In this document: piece after piece, positions 36,832 through 47,088 of the stretch | How positions within the stretch are numbered: the first letter of the stretch is position 1 | How the letters are laid out: every line of letters begins with the position of its first letter | Source of the DNA: an uncultured candidatus Porisulfidus sp. | GTDB lineage: Bacteria > Pseudomonadota > Gammaproteobacteria > Poriferisulfidales > Poriferisulfidaceae | DNA: 64,000 bases | Assembly (NCBI GenBank): GCA_963668445.1 | Contig: OY764335.1 | Coordinates: 854,346-918,345 of the forward strand | Direction of reading: 5' to 3' | The notes under the pieces: model-generated | What the model saw: only the letters and a program-made list of their open reading frames with translations | What the model was told of the DNA's origin: nothing | The model's database searches: none | Translations under genes and position numbers: made by a program

Positions 36832-37691
36832 GCAAGTGGCCGCCGCGTGCCATAGGGCGGCGCATGCGCCGCTGGCTATGGCGGCATTCCTGGCTGTTGC
36901 CCCGAACCCGCGACGAGGCGCGCGCCTTGGTGCGCGGCCTGAACTGGGAAAACCTTCTGGACGACAGCCTGTGCGAGATGCTGGAAGGCGCGTTCAACAT
37001 CTCCAGCTTGTGCGCGGCCGACATCATGATTCCGCGCGCCGACATGAAAGTGGTGTCGATCGAGGCATCCCGCCAAGACGTCATTGCGCAGATTACGGAA
37101 TGCGGCCATTCACGCTACCCGGTGACGGAAAGCGACCGCAGCGATGTGGTGGGCATCCTGCTTGCGAAGGATGTGCTGACGCGCACGGCGACCGGACAAG
37201 GGCAGACGGAATTTTCCATCAAGGACATGATGCTGCCGCCGCAACGGTTTCCGGAGAGCCGGCGGCTGAGCGACCTGCTGCGGGACTTTCAGGCCACGCG
37301 CAGCCATATGGGCATCATCGTGAACGAATACAGCGAAGCGGCCGGCTTGGTGACCATTGAGGACGTGCTGGAGGAGATCGTCGGCGAAATCGCCGACGAG
37401 CATGATCGCCAGCAGGATTCGGAATCGGAGCAGATTCGCATGGTGGATAAGGCGCATGGCCGCTACGCCGTCGTGCCGACCGTGCCGATTGCCGAGTTCA
37501 ACCAGTATTTCAACGCGTCGCTCGATGCGGTCGGGCATGCGACGATCGGAGGCTTGGTGTTGCAGCGGATCGGACACTTTCCGGCCATCGATGAGCAGGT
37601 CGAGATCGAAGGCTTTCGCTTTACGATTGCGCGGGTTTCGGGCCAGCGCATTCGGCTTCTTGATCTCGAAGCGCCAGAACCCGGTGCGTGA
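36828..37691 (+). CDS. corC: CorC/HlyC-family magnesium/cobalt efflux protein (CBS pair plus CorC_HlyC domain)
   Basis: Tandem CBS domains and a C-terminal transporter-associated domain. Conserved ybeZ-ybeY-corC-lnt arrangement. Confidence 0.85.
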   Translation: MSKWPPRAIGRRMRRWLWRHSWLLPRTRDEARALVRGLNWENLLDDSLCEMLEGAFNISSLCAADIMIPRADMKVVSIEASRQDVIAQITECGHSRYPVTESDRSDVVGILLAKDVLTRTATGQGQTEFSIKDMMLPPQRFPESRRLSDLLRDFQATRSHMGIIVNEYSEAAGLVTIEDVLEEIVGEIADEHDRQQDSESEQIRMVDKAHGRYAVVPTVPIAEFNQYFNASLDAVGHATIGGLVLQRIGHFPAIDEQVEIEGFRFTIARVSGQRIRLLDLEAPEPGA

Positions 37692-39181
37692 AAATCCGTT
37701 GGGGCTCCGGTAGATTGTTTGCGGGGCATGCAGCCGCTTTGGCTGGCGGCCTGCTGGCTTCCTTCGGATTCGCCCCGTATGCGTGGCGCTCCGCCCTAGG
37801 GGTCGGATTGATCTTGCTGCTGTGCAGCTTGCATTCGAGCACGCCCGGCAGGGCGGCCGTTCGTGGTGGCCTGTTTGGCCTCGGATATTTCGGCTGCGGC
37901 GTCTATTGGGTGTACTACAGCATCCACGTGTATGCCTACACGCCGTTGTGGCTGTCGTGTGCGTTGGCCGCCTTGCTGGTCGCGTATCTGTCCTTATACC
38001 CGATGCTGGCGGCATGGTTGGCGGCGCGCCTTCTGCCTTGCGGACCACTCCGTCTGATTGGTGCGGCGACTCTGCTGGCTGTGGCGGAATGGGTGCGAGG
38101 CATCGCATGGACCGGCTTCCCTTGGATTTTGTACGGGCAGGGCAGCTTGGACAGCCCTTGGGCAGGCTATTTGCCGGTCGCAGGAGTCTATGCGACAGGC
38201 TTGCTGATGCTGCTGTCGGCTGCCGGAGTCGCGGGTTGGCTGTGGCGGCCACGGTCCGTGCGCGTGTTGGGGCTGGGAGCGGCATTCGCCATTGCCGGCG
38301 CCGGCGAAGCCTTGCGCACGATCGTTTGGGGCGAGCCGGTCGGGGCGGAGACCAAAGTGGCTCTAGTGCAGCCCAATCTGAGCCAGGACCGGCGCTGGCG
38401 CAAAGAGCACTTGGGTGAGATCATGCGAACGTATCTGCATTTGACCCGCTCGGTCGCACATGTCCCGTTGGTGATTTGGCCTGAAGCGGCCATTCCGCAG
38501 CTGCTGCGGCATGCGCAACCGTTCTATGCAGAGGTTGCGGAAGCTCTGGAGCCGGAGACGACGCTGATGGTTGGAGCGTTCTACATGGAAGAGGGCTCAT
38601 CCAGGCCGCGCACGGGGCTGGTGAACTTCAAAACCGGCCAACGCTATGGAAAGCGCCATCTGGTACCGTTCGGAGAATACGCTCCCATGCGGACATGGCT
38701 GATGCCGCTGTACCAGCAGATGCGCATCAAAATGAGCGATCTAGAGGCTTCCGATAATCGTCCGTTGCTTCAAATCAGGGGCATTCCCGCCGGAGCGATG
38801 ATCTGCTACGAAATAGTTTATCCGAGGATTGCCAGACTTGCGTTACCGGAAGCAAGGTATGTGGTGAATGTGAGCAACGATGCTTGGTTCGGTCCGACTC
38901 GGGCGCCGTGGCAGCATTTGGAGGCGGCGCGCCTGAGGGCCGCAGAGTCGGCTCGGGAATTGCTTCGGGTTGCGAGCACAGGCGTGACGGCGATTCTTGG
39001 CGCCGACGGCTCGGTTGTCAAAGCGGCTCCGCAATTCGAGCAGACCGTGCTGGAAGGGACGGTGCAGGCGCGGCGCGGGCTTACGCCTTATGTCCGGTTC
39101 GGCGAATGGCTGTTCGCCGTGCTGGCCGCGCTCATGTTGGCGGTCTGTTTGGCTTGGAAGCACCGAGGAAGGAAGCGCTAG
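37688..39181 (+). CDS. lnt: Apolipoprotein N-acyltransferase
   Basis: N-terminal multi-TM region plus a C-terminal nitrilase/CN-hydrolase domain. Conserved position after corC. Confidence 0.88.
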   Translation: MKIRWGSGRLFAGHAAALAGGLLASFGFAPYAWRSALGVGLILLLCSLHSSTPGRAAVRGGLFGLGYFGCGVYWVYYSIHVYAYTPLWLSCALAALLVAYLSLYPMLAAWLAARLLPCGPLRLIGAATLLAVAEWVRGIAWTGFPWILYGQGSLDSPWAGYLPVAGVYATGLLMLLSAAGVAGWLWRPRSVRVLGLGAAFAIAGAGEALRTIVWGEPVGAETKVALVQPNLSQDRRWRKEHLGEIMRTYLHLTRSVAHVPLVIWPEAAIPQLLRHAQPFYAEVAEALEPETTLMVGAFYMEEGSSRPRTGLVNFKTGQRYGKRHLVPFGEYAPMRTWLMPLYQQMRIKMSDLEASDNRPLLQIRGIPAGAMICYEIVYPRIARLALPEARYVVNVSNDAWFGPTRAPWQHLEAARLRAAESARELLRVASTGVTAILGADGSVVKAAPQFEQTVLEGTVQARRGLTPYVRFGEWLFAVLAALMLAVCLAWKHRGRKR

Positions 39182-39449
39182 TGCTGCACCCGAAATGGCA
39201 TATCTTATACGCGCCGCTGATGTAGATGGAAGCAGGTGCTCATGCCCGTCAGCGGGCTTCGCATGAAGCGTTTGCGGAGCTGCGAGCGTATCGATTCCGG
39301 CTGCCCGGGCCGCATGGCGGCCGTTCGTCAAGCCACTCCGGCGATCCGCCAATAGCGGAGGAAGGAGGTCCGGGACTTGCGTCCTGAGGCTCGCATTCCG
39401 CACAGAACCCGGGGACCCATAGCATTTTGTAGGGCCGTGAGCAACGACT

Positions 39450-40205
39450 TCATGAGGGGCTCATAGCGGGGTCCAATCGGCTTGCCTGCGACTTCTGCTT
39501 AGTCCGCGGCAGGGCGGGTGCGGTGCGGTTTGTGGCACATAGGGATTGGAGCAGGTTCTGGGCAGTTTCTAGGCAGATGGGGTTGGTTCTTTGCGCTTGG
39601 TCGCACAAAGCGCTGCGAAAGCCTAGATAATCCGGGCACGCCGGAAGGTACTGCCGGGCGGATGCCGAGTCCAAGCGACCGGCCAGTCCGCAAAGCAGGC
39701 CGGCGCGCCGAACTGCTTGCACCCAAGCTTGGGCATGGGACGGCTTTAGGTAGTGCGTCAACGAGCCGCTGTGCTTGTCCGCCGTATCCAGCATCAGGCC
39801 GATGCATCCGGCGGCGCACGCCGGTTCGATCCACTGCATTGGGTTCATGCCCGGACAGTCTGCGAACAGCACGGCCACGGCTCGCGTCGGAGGCTCTATG
39901 GCCGAACAGAGTTGCGCCAGCAGCGGTTGCTGGGATGCCTCGGCAAAGCCCACCTTGACAAAATCCGCGCCGGTTGTGGAGAGGCGTTGCGCCTGCGCTA
40001 GGATTCCGGGCTCTTCGGCCGTGCCGGCTGCGGCACTGACTTGGCGGCGGCCGCGAACCCATTGCACGGTCGCACGGACGGTACTGAAGTCGACGGCGCC
40101 CAGTGCGCCGCGGTCCGGCTCCTTGAGGTCGAGGATGTCGATGGCAGCCGCGAACAGAAGTTGGGCCTCTTGCAGGTTTCGGATGCTGCCCAGGATGCGC
40201 GTCAT
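39450..40205 (-). CDS. DUF556 / MfnB-like (4-(hydroxymethyl)-2-furancarboxaldehyde-phosphate synthase family) protein
   Basis: Homology to the archaeal-type MfnB/DUF556 family found in methanofuran/H4MPT cofactor clusters. Start placed at MTRILGSIRNL; it overlaps the upstream gene end by 4 nt. Confidence 0.65.
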   Translation of the reverse strand: MTRILGSIRNLQEAQLLFAAAIDILDLKEPDRGALGAVDFSTVRATVQWVRGRRQVSAAAGTAEEPGILAQAQRLSTTGADFVKVGFAEASQQPLLAQLCSAIEPPTRAVAVLFADCPGMNPMQWIEPACAAGCIGLMLDTADKHSGSLTHYLKPSHAQAWVQAVRRAGLLCGLAGRLDSASARQYLPACPDYLGFRSALCDQAQRTNPICLETAQNLLQSLCATNRTAPALPRTKQKSQASRLDPAMSPS

Positions 40206-40777
40206 GATGGCGCCTCTGCTTGCTGGCAGTGTTCTTGTACTCGCTGCATCAGCCATTCCCAAGCTTCCTGCTCGGCGTCGCCGGCGGTTTTTTCCATGGC
40301 GATTTCAAGGTATTCGATCTCACGACGGATCTTGTCCGGCGGCAGGCGGTTCAGTCGGCTGATCAGAATGGCCAGTTCGATGACGGCGGCCTGCGCCCGG
40401 TTGTAGCCGCGAAACGGCGCATGCATGCCTTCGTGGAGCACCTTGCAGGTGAAGGTGGGGCGCAATGGGTCGTCTTCGAAGGACTCGACTTCCACTTCCG
40501 CGTGCGACAGGCAGTTCTGCAGGCGTTGGCAGGGTACGATCTCGGCGCTGGTCGTCGGCCAGTCGCGCCGTCCCGTCAGGCAGCCGGCGTAGATGCGGAC
40601 GTCGTCCGGGCGGTTCACGACGGCGCATCCCTCGCGTTGCAGGTTGTCCAGAGTCTTCGAAGGGCGGAAGGGCTTCAGCAGCAGGCGCCGTTCCGCCATG
40701 TGCACGCCCATAGGTGCGATATGCGTACGGTCGTCCGCATCGCGCGTCGTGACGATGCTCTCGAGAATTTCCGGCAT
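40202..40777 (-). CDS. DUF447 family protein (H4MPT-linked C1-pathway associated)
   Basis: Resembles the DUF447 ('orf19-like') proteins of methylotroph methanopterin clusters. Translationally coupled to both neighbours. Confidence 0.6.
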   Translation of the reverse strand: MPEILESIVTTRDADDRTHIAPMGVHMAERRLLLKPFRPSKTLDNLQREGCAVVNRPDDVRIYAGCLTGRRDWPTTSAEIVPCQRLQNCLSHAEVEVESFEDDPLRPTFTCKVLHEGMHAPFRGYNRAQAAVIELAILISRLNRLPPDKIRREIEYLEIAMEKTAGDAEQEAWEWLMQRVQEHCQQAEAPS

Positions 40778-42210
40778 CAGGATGTCTTCCGATGGCGCAG
40801 GCGTTCCTTGTGCTTTTTGAGCATGGGCCCCTCGTCCTTGAATTTGGTGAGATCCTTGTCGGACGGGGCTACCGCGCATCCCCAGCGCAATTCTTCGTCT
40901 TGCTGGTAGCGCTTGCCCAGCTGCCAGGCGATCTGCGCCCGCGCCAGTTCGACGCCCAGATAGAATAAGTGGCCGGGGTCATCGTCCAGATCCAGATCCG
41001 GGTAGAAGGCAATCGGGTCGGCATGAATGAATTCGCCGTCGCGATTGTACAGGTGGATGCCGTCTTCGGCGACTTGGATGCGGAAGTTGGGGTCTTTAAC
41101 GGCGGCCGCGAACTCGGCGATCTCTTCGGCGGAGTAGGGGAACGGGTGGCGCTCGTGCAGCATCATGAGCTGGTCGTCGATGCCTTTAGGCGCAATGCCT
41201 TGGCGGGCGGCCGCGGCTATGATGCGCCGGGCGCGGTCCGCTTCGCGGATGGAGGTGCGGCAATGCTCGCTGACCTGCGTCGTCAGGACGTACTGGATGC
41301 CCAACTCCGAAATCAGGCCGAACAGCAGGGCGTTCATGCCGGCCGTGTCGGCATGCGTCAGTTCGGTCACGTTGCCGATGCCCATCATGACCGGAATGTC
41401 CGGGAAGCGCCGCCGCAACTCCACATAGCGGGCCAGCGAATCCGCAAAGCCGAAATGGATGGGGTCGAGGATCGGGTCGGCCAGGAATGCATGGCCTTGC
41501 GTTTGGCACTGCTCGATGGCTTCGCACAGGGATTCCAAGTCCGCGTTGTCGCGCCCGATCAGCACGGGCACGGATTCCACTTCTTCGGCGACCCACAAGG
41601 TGTCGGTGCGCAGGCTGAGCAGGAAATCCGCGCCGGCTTGGCCGCCGGTCAGCAGATCCTGTTCGTCCAGCGAGTCCACGCTGACCACGAAGTCGTGCCG
41701 CTTGAGCAGTTGCACGGCTTCTGCTAGATGAGGGAAGTCGACGCCCGGCAGGCAGCCGATGTCGATGATGTCGGCGCCGTCGGTCTGATAACGGCGCGCC
41801 TCCGCCAAGATGTCGTCCAAGCCGAGGTTCGGGGCTTCAGTGATTTCGGCGATGATGCGAACCTCGTAGCGGCTGAGGTCTTCTGCCATTGCGGCGCGTC
41901 CGAAGAAGGCGGGCAAGTCCTTGAGTTCTTCCGGCCCGCGCTCCACCGGCACGCCGAAATGCTCGGACAGCGACTCCAAATCGCCGCGCACGCGGCCCGG
42001 CAGGATGATGCGGTCGGTGCCGTCCGGGAGTTCCAAGCGTTTGCGGATAAGGGCCGGTGTCATCAGTGCCGCCACGCTTGCTCCGACCTGCCGGACTTCA
42101 TGGTCGAACTCGGTCGGCTGCATGGATTCCAGCACGCGGTGTAGGCTCCGTTCAGCCAGACGGCCGGTCACGAACAGGATTTTCTCAGCCATGGGTATCG
42201 GGGTGGTCAA
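40777..42210 (-). CDS. Dihydropteroate-synthase-like protein (MptH-like, tetrahydromethanopterin biosynthesis)
   Basis: Central pterin-binding DHPS-like domain with N- and C-terminal extensions, typical of MptH-type enzymes. First gene of a 3-gene minus-strand operon. Confidence 0.65.
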   Translation of the reverse strand: MTTPIPMAEKILFVTGRLAERSLHRVLESMQPTEFDHEVRQVGASVAALMTPALIRKRLELPDGTDRIILPGRVRGDLESLSEHFGVPVERGPEELKDLPAFFGRAAMAEDLSRYEVRIIAEITEAPNLGLDDILAEARRYQTDGADIIDIGCLPGVDFPHLAEAVQLLKRHDFVVSVDSLDEQDLLTGGQAGADFLLSLRTDTLWVAEEVESVPVLIGRDNADLESLCEAIEQCQTQGHAFLADPILDPIHFGFADSLARYVELRRRFPDIPVMMGIGNVTELTHADTAGMNALLFGLISELGIQYVLTTQVSEHCRTSIREADRARRIIAAAARQGIAPKGIDDQLMMLHERHPFPYSAEEIAEFAAAVKDPNFRIQVAEDGIHLYNRDGEFIHADPIAFYPDLDLDDDPGHLFYLGVELARAQIAWQLGKRYQQDEELRWGCAVAPSDKDLTKFKDEGPMLKKHKERLRHRKTS

Positions 42211-42781
42211 GAGGAGCGAGGCCTTCGGTTCTGAATGTCGGAGATTTTAGAGCAACAGCGGGATGGGCTCCATCGTTTTGCGGCCTTATGAGCCACTCCG
42301 GCAGACGGGGGAACTTTCATGATTATTGTAGGCCATGGATTACGAGCAATCGACATAATGCAAGTCGAAGGGGCCTCAGGATTCTATGTGGAACGCGCCC
42401 ATGCGCAAGCGAAGCCTGCATCCGCCGAAAAGCCGGATTTCCTGGCGGTTCATCTGGTGAGCCACCGAGGCCTTGCATTAGGTCCCGGCGGCTCCTGACC
42501 GTGGTCCGCAACAGCACCTATCGTTTCCACTCCGGCACCCTGCGCCAGCCCTCCTCATCGCCCGTATCGCCGGTGCCAACCGCCATCTCTGGAACCGGGC
42601 CATCGGCGAAACGAGGACGCCATGCGGGCGCGGCCCGAGGCCGTCCTTCGCCTTATGTGAAGGCCGCCCGGATTGCAAGGGTTTTCGAAAGGGCGGCGGT
42701 GATTTGCCGATTCCTCGCATCAATCCAGAAGTTCGGTTCGATTTCCTGGAGTTCAACCCTTCACCGCGCAGGCTTGCGCCA

Positions 42782-45700
42782 CTATATGGCGGATTTGCGC
42801 GTCCGTCCGCTCAGTTGCAGCAGGCTGGGCAGCAGAATCAGCGTAAAAGCAGTACTAACCGTCATGCCGCCGATGATTACACTGGCGAAGCCCTGATAGA
42901 TCTCGGAGCCCGCCCCGGACAGCAGCAGTAGGGGCAGCATTCCGAAAATGCCGGTCAGGGTGCTCATCAGGATGGGTCTCAGGCGCACATGCACGGCATT
43001 CTGCACGGCCTCGCGCCTCGCTTTGCCATCGCGTTCGGCGGCGCGCGTCTGATGCACCAGAAGGATGGCGTTATTGACCACCAGGCCCAACAGGACGATG
43101 AAGCCGAGCATGGTGAGCAAATCCGCAGGCAGGCCCATCAGGCGCAGCATGAGCGCACCGCCGACGGTGGCGAGAGGCAGCACCAGAAGCACCCATATGC
43201 CGTCGATGAAGGATCGGAACAGGGCGCTCACCAGAAGATAGAGGATGATGACGGCCAGAACGAAACTGCCGGCGAAGTTCCGAACCGCTGTGGCCAAGTC
43301 GTTGGCGGAGCCGCTGAGACGGATTTCGCCGTCTTCGGGAAGTTCTTGTTCCATCGTCGGCACGATGTCCTGCTCTATTTTGTCGACGACTTCTTCCAGA
43401 GCCATGCCGGACGGCGGCCGCAGCTCCAGCGTGATTGTGCGCCGCCGGTCCAGGCGGCGGATAAGGTTCGGGCCGGCCGTGCGTTGGATGGCGACTAGCT
43501 CGCTGACTGGCACCACGCCGCCGTCCGAGGTGTACAGCGGGATGGCTGCCAGTTCTTCAGGGGTCGCCCATGGTTCCGTTCTGGCTACCACATCGACTTT
43601 CCTGTCGCCGTCGAAGTATTCGTTGACGAACAGGCCCTGGCCTAGGAATCGGGCAATCTTCGACATCGCGGCCCGAGTCCAGCCGACTTCGGCCAGACGC
43701 TCTTCCTTGGGTTCCATGCGCAGTTCGGGTTCGGCCAGTTGCAACCCGGGTCGCGGTCGGGCACGAGTGCCGTGGAAGACTTCGGGAATCTTGGCGAAGC
43801 CGACCCGTGCCGCTTCCAGAAGGCCGTCGATGTCGCTGCCTTGGATGTTGATGTCGACTTTCGTGCGGGCGCCGACGCGGCTGAACAAGGAAGCCTTCTG
43901 CACGATCGCGAAACTGTCGGGGAAGCCCGCGACAGCGTCGTTCACGACGCCGACGAGTCGATTGATTTCCTGCCGGTCAGGGTTTTCGGCGCGGGCTCCG
44001 AGGTAGATGGAGCCGGCGACGGCCACGAAAAAGTAGCCTTTGATCTGCGGCGATTTCTCGCCGTCCAAGTACGGCTGCAGCCGGGCGACGATCACGTCGC
44101 CCATTTCCTTTTCGATATGGTCGATGTTGACGCCGGGGGGAGGAATCACAATGCCGATGACCAGATTGCGGTTGCCTTCAGGCATGTAGTCGGTCTTCGG
44201 GAACGCCAGATACGTGCCGGCTGCCGCTGTCATGATCAATCCTGCAATCCACGCTCTGCGCAAGGCCGCCGAGCCGGTCAAGGCCATGATGCCTGCCGTG
44301 GCGCGGGTCCACAGAGGGTCGTGCCGGTCGGATAGTTTGGCATGGCCCAGGAATTGGTGCGCCGCAACGGGCACGACGATGCTGGCGACCAGCATCGAGG
44401 TGGCGATGGCGGCCGAGATGACGATGGCCAGATCGGCGAACAGCTGGCCGCTTTGATCCTGCATGAAGATGATCGGCAAGAAGATGGCCACGGTCGTCAC
44501 CGTCGAGGCGAACAAGGCCGGCCATACTTGGCGCAGGCCCTCGATTGCCGCGTTCTGGGGAGGCAGGCGGCGCTCCCGCATGCGTACGATGCTGTCCAAG
44601 GCGATGATGGCGGCATCCATCACCATGCCGACGGCGAAGGCCATGCCTGCCAAAGAGACGATGTTGATGGTGCGGTTCGTCAGGTTCATGACGACCAGCG
44701 TCACGAACAGGCACAGGGGCACGGTCAAGGCGACGATGAGCGTCGGCGGCCATCTTCTGAGGAACCACCACAGGACTGCTACCGCGAGCAGTATGCCCAG
44801 CATCAGGCTGTTGCGCAGCAGCCGGATGGCGCGGTCGATGTAGACGGTTTCGTCGTAGACCTGCCGGATGGTGAGGTTGGCGCGCTTGAGAGGGCCGCGC
44901 TCGATTTCGGCCACGGCGGCACGGATGTCGCGCATGGTGTCCAGCACGTTGACGCCCGTCTGGCGGTAGGCATTGACCGCGATCGAGTGTCCGCGCTCGG
45001 TGACGACGAAGTTGCTGCGGTCGGCCATCCGCGTTTCGATGCGAGCGACATCCCCCAGCGTGACGGGTTCCCCGTCGCGCCATGCCAGAATCAGCGCCCT
45101 GAGCTGTCGGTCGTCCAGCGCTCCGGCATAGCGCAGCGTGTAGCGGCGCTTCCCGACATCCGTCGTGCCGCCGGAAACGTTCTCGTTGCCGGCGACTAGC
45201 ATGAACGCTTCGGTCAGGTCGATGCCTAGGCCTGCCGCCTTGTACGGGTCGACCGTAATCCGGATTTCGCGCTCGTTGCCGCCGTAGACTTCGGAGAGCG
45301 CGACGCCGGGCACGCGTTCCAGACGCGCCTGTACGGTTTCTTCGATGAAGCGTTGATAGGTTCCGATCGGCCTCGCATTGCCATCGCCCGGGCGGATGAT
45401 GAACCAGGCGATGGCGCGTCCGCGCCCGCCTTCGGTGCTGAGGACCGGCTCATCCGCATCTTCAGGATAGCCGGGGACGCGGTTCAGGCGGTTGATGACC
45501 TCGATGAGGGCGCGGTCCAGATCGTAGCCCATCTGGAAGGTGGCGGTGATCTTGCCGGAGCCCAGCTTGGCTTCGGAGAGAAGCTCCTCCATGCCGGGCA
45601 GGCTGCGCAATTGCTTTTCCTGAGGCTCGATGATTTCGGCTTCGACCTCCTCCGGAGCGGCTGCGCGCCATTGGGTCGTCACGGATATTTCGGGCTGCTC

Positions 45701-45820
45701 CACTTCGGGAACCAACTGGACGGGCAGATGGGCTAGCGTCACCGACCCGAACAGGATGACGAGCAGGCATCCGGACAGCGGCGCCGTGGGGTTGCCAAGG
45801 GCAAGCCTGATCAGGCCCAT
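42782..45820 (-). CDS. RND-family efflux transporter permease (AcrB/CzcA superfamily)
   Basis: 1012 aa. 12-TM with two large periplasmic loops. RND homology along its full length. Confidence 0.88.
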   Translation of the reverse strand: MGLIRLALGNPTAPLSGCLLVILFGSVTLAHLPVQLVPEVEQPEISVTTQWRAAAPEEVEAEIIEPQEKQLRSLPGMEELLSEAKLGSGKITATFQMGYDLDRALIEVINRLNRVPGYPEDADEPVLSTEGGRGRAIAWFIIRPGDGNARPIGTYQRFIEETVQARLERVPGVALSEVYGGNEREIRITVDPYKAAGLGIDLTEAFMLVAGNENVSGGTTDVGKRRYTLRYAGALDDRQLRALILAWRDGEPVTLGDVARIETRMADRSNFVVTERGHSIAVNAYRQTGVNVLDTMRDIRAAVAEIERGPLKRANLTIRQVYDETVYIDRAIRLLRNSLMLGILLAVAVLWWFLRRWPPTLIVALTVPLCLFVTLVVMNLTNRTINIVSLAGMAFAVGMVMDAAIIALDSIVRMRERRLPPQNAAIEGLRQVWPALFASTVTTVAIFLPIIFMQDQSGQLFADLAIVISAAIATSMLVASIVVPVAAHQFLGHAKLSDRHDPLWTRATAGIMALTGSAALRRAWIAGLIMTAAAGTYLAFPKTDYMPEGNRNLVIGIVIPPPGVNIDHIEKEMGDVIVARLQPYLDGEKSPQIKGYFFVAVAGSIYLGARAENPDRQEINRLVGVVNDAVAGFPDSFAIVQKASLFSRVGARTKVDINIQGSDIDGLLEAARVGFAKIPEVFHGTRARPRPGLQLAEPELRMEPKEERLAEVGWTRAAMSKIARFLGQGLFVNEYFDGDRKVDVVARTEPWATPEELAAIPLYTSDGGVVPVSELVAIQRTAGPNLIRRLDRRRTITLELRPPSGMALEEVVDKIEQDIVPTMEQELPEDGEIRLSGSANDLATAVRNFAGSFVLAVIILYLLVSALFRSFIDGIWVLLVLPLATVGGALMLRLMGLPADLLTMLGFIVLLGLVVNNAILLVHQTRAAERDGKARREAVQNAVHVRLRPILMSTLTGIFGMLPLLLLSGAGSEIYQGFASVIIGGMTVSTAFTLILLPSLLQLSGRTRKSAI

Positions 45821-45826
45821 GGTTGC

Positions 45827-46876
45827 CTACTGCGGCTTGATCGTGACCGTCACACCGGGGCGCAAGTTTTCGCCGCCGCGGGTGACGACCCGGTCCCGGT
45901 CCTGAATGCCGCCGACCACCTCGATCAGGTCGCCTTCGGCAATCCCGGTTCGCACCGGAACTTTTTCCGCGACGGACGCGGTGTTGATGCGGTAGACATA
46001 GACGCCTTCGCGTCGCAGGACCAAGGCATCGCGGGGCACTAGCACGGCCTCGTGCGGCGGTGCTGTCGGGATGGCGACGCGCAGCAGATTGCCGGCGCTC
46101 AGGGCAGGGTCTTCGGTGGAAATGCGCAGTTCGTACAGCCGGGAGACATCGCCGCCGACCGGCACGATCGTTCGCACCGTGCCGATGCCTTCGGCTTTGC
46201 CGTGAGTGTAGGCGAGCGGCGTGCCTACGGCGACGAGTTTCAGGGAGTCGGCCGGAATGTGCGTCTCGAGTTCCAGATCGTCCGTGCTGACCAGCCGTAC
46301 GATGGCATCGCCATGGTCGGCCCATTCGCCCGCCTGCAGCAGCCGTTCCGAGACGATGCCGTTGAAGGGCGCCAGCACGCGGGTGCGCCGCAGGCGCTCT
46401 TCAGCTTGCGATAGGCGCGCTTGGGCCGAAAGGATGTTGTTGTGCGCGACCGAGCGGTCGGTATGTTCCTGGTCGACCCGGCTGCGTGCGACCGTGTTGT
46501 CCGCCAGAAGCCTTTCCAGGCGCTCTGCTTGACGGGTATGGAAGTCGTGTCGGGCTTGTTCGCGTTGGATGATGGACTGCTCTTCGATCACCTGTTGCCG
46601 GATGATGGCATCGTCCAGTTTCGCGACGCCTTCGCCCTTGCGAATGCGGTCGCCCACGTCCGCGACCCACGTCAGGCGTCCGGCGAACTCCCCGCTCAGT
46701 TTCGCATCGTTCCGGCTGATGACCGTGGCGGGATAAAACGCCTTTGGGGATACGAGCCGCTTGACCGCGTGTTCGGCGACCACGAACGTGGCATAGGGCG
46801 TTTGCTTCCCTTCGGCCTGCGCCGCGAACGCAAGCAAGGCCAAGGATAGGAGGACAGGGGCGGCAGTGGATTTCAT
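45827..46876 (-). CDS. RND efflux membrane-fusion (periplasmic adaptor) protein
   Basis: Signal peptide, coiled-coil hairpin plus beta-barrel HlyD-like domains. Immediately upstream of the RND permease. Confidence 0.85.
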   Translation of the reverse strand: MKSTAAPVLLSLALLAFAAQAEGKQTPYATFVVAEHAVKRLVSPKAFYPATVISRNDAKLSGEFAGRLTWVADVGDRIRKGEGVAKLDDAIIRQQVIEEQSIIQREQARHDFHTRQAERLERLLADNTVARSRVDQEHTDRSVAHNNILSAQARLSQAEERLRRTRVLAPFNGIVSERLLQAGEWADHGDAIVRLVSTDDLELETHIPADSLKLVAVGTPLAYTHGKAEGIGTVRTIVPVGGDVSRLYELRISTEDPALSAGNLLRVAIPTAPPHEAVLVPRDALVLRREGVYVYRINTASVAEKVPVRTGIAEGDLIEVVGGIQDRDRVVTRGGENLRPGVTVTIKPQ

Positions 46877-47088
46877 GCGGCGTTTTGCTTCACCCGCCGC
46901 TCAAAAGCTCCGGGCTGGTACCGATTGCGGCGGCATTCGGCATGGCAGAGGGCAAGGCATGGGGGGATGGCCGGGTGCATAGCGATCGCCAAGGGCGGCG
47001 GCAGACCCTCGCATTTTAGTAGAATTGGGGCATGCACGATGTCCGAAGATTCTGACCGCGCCCCGCAAGTTCGCGTGGTAGCCTGCCG

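Noticed and set aside
42057-42896. 279-aa + strand ORF spanning the 570-bp gap
   Set aside because: Arg/Ser/Pro-rich nonsense with no domain signal. It overlaps the ends of two well-supported minus-strand genes.
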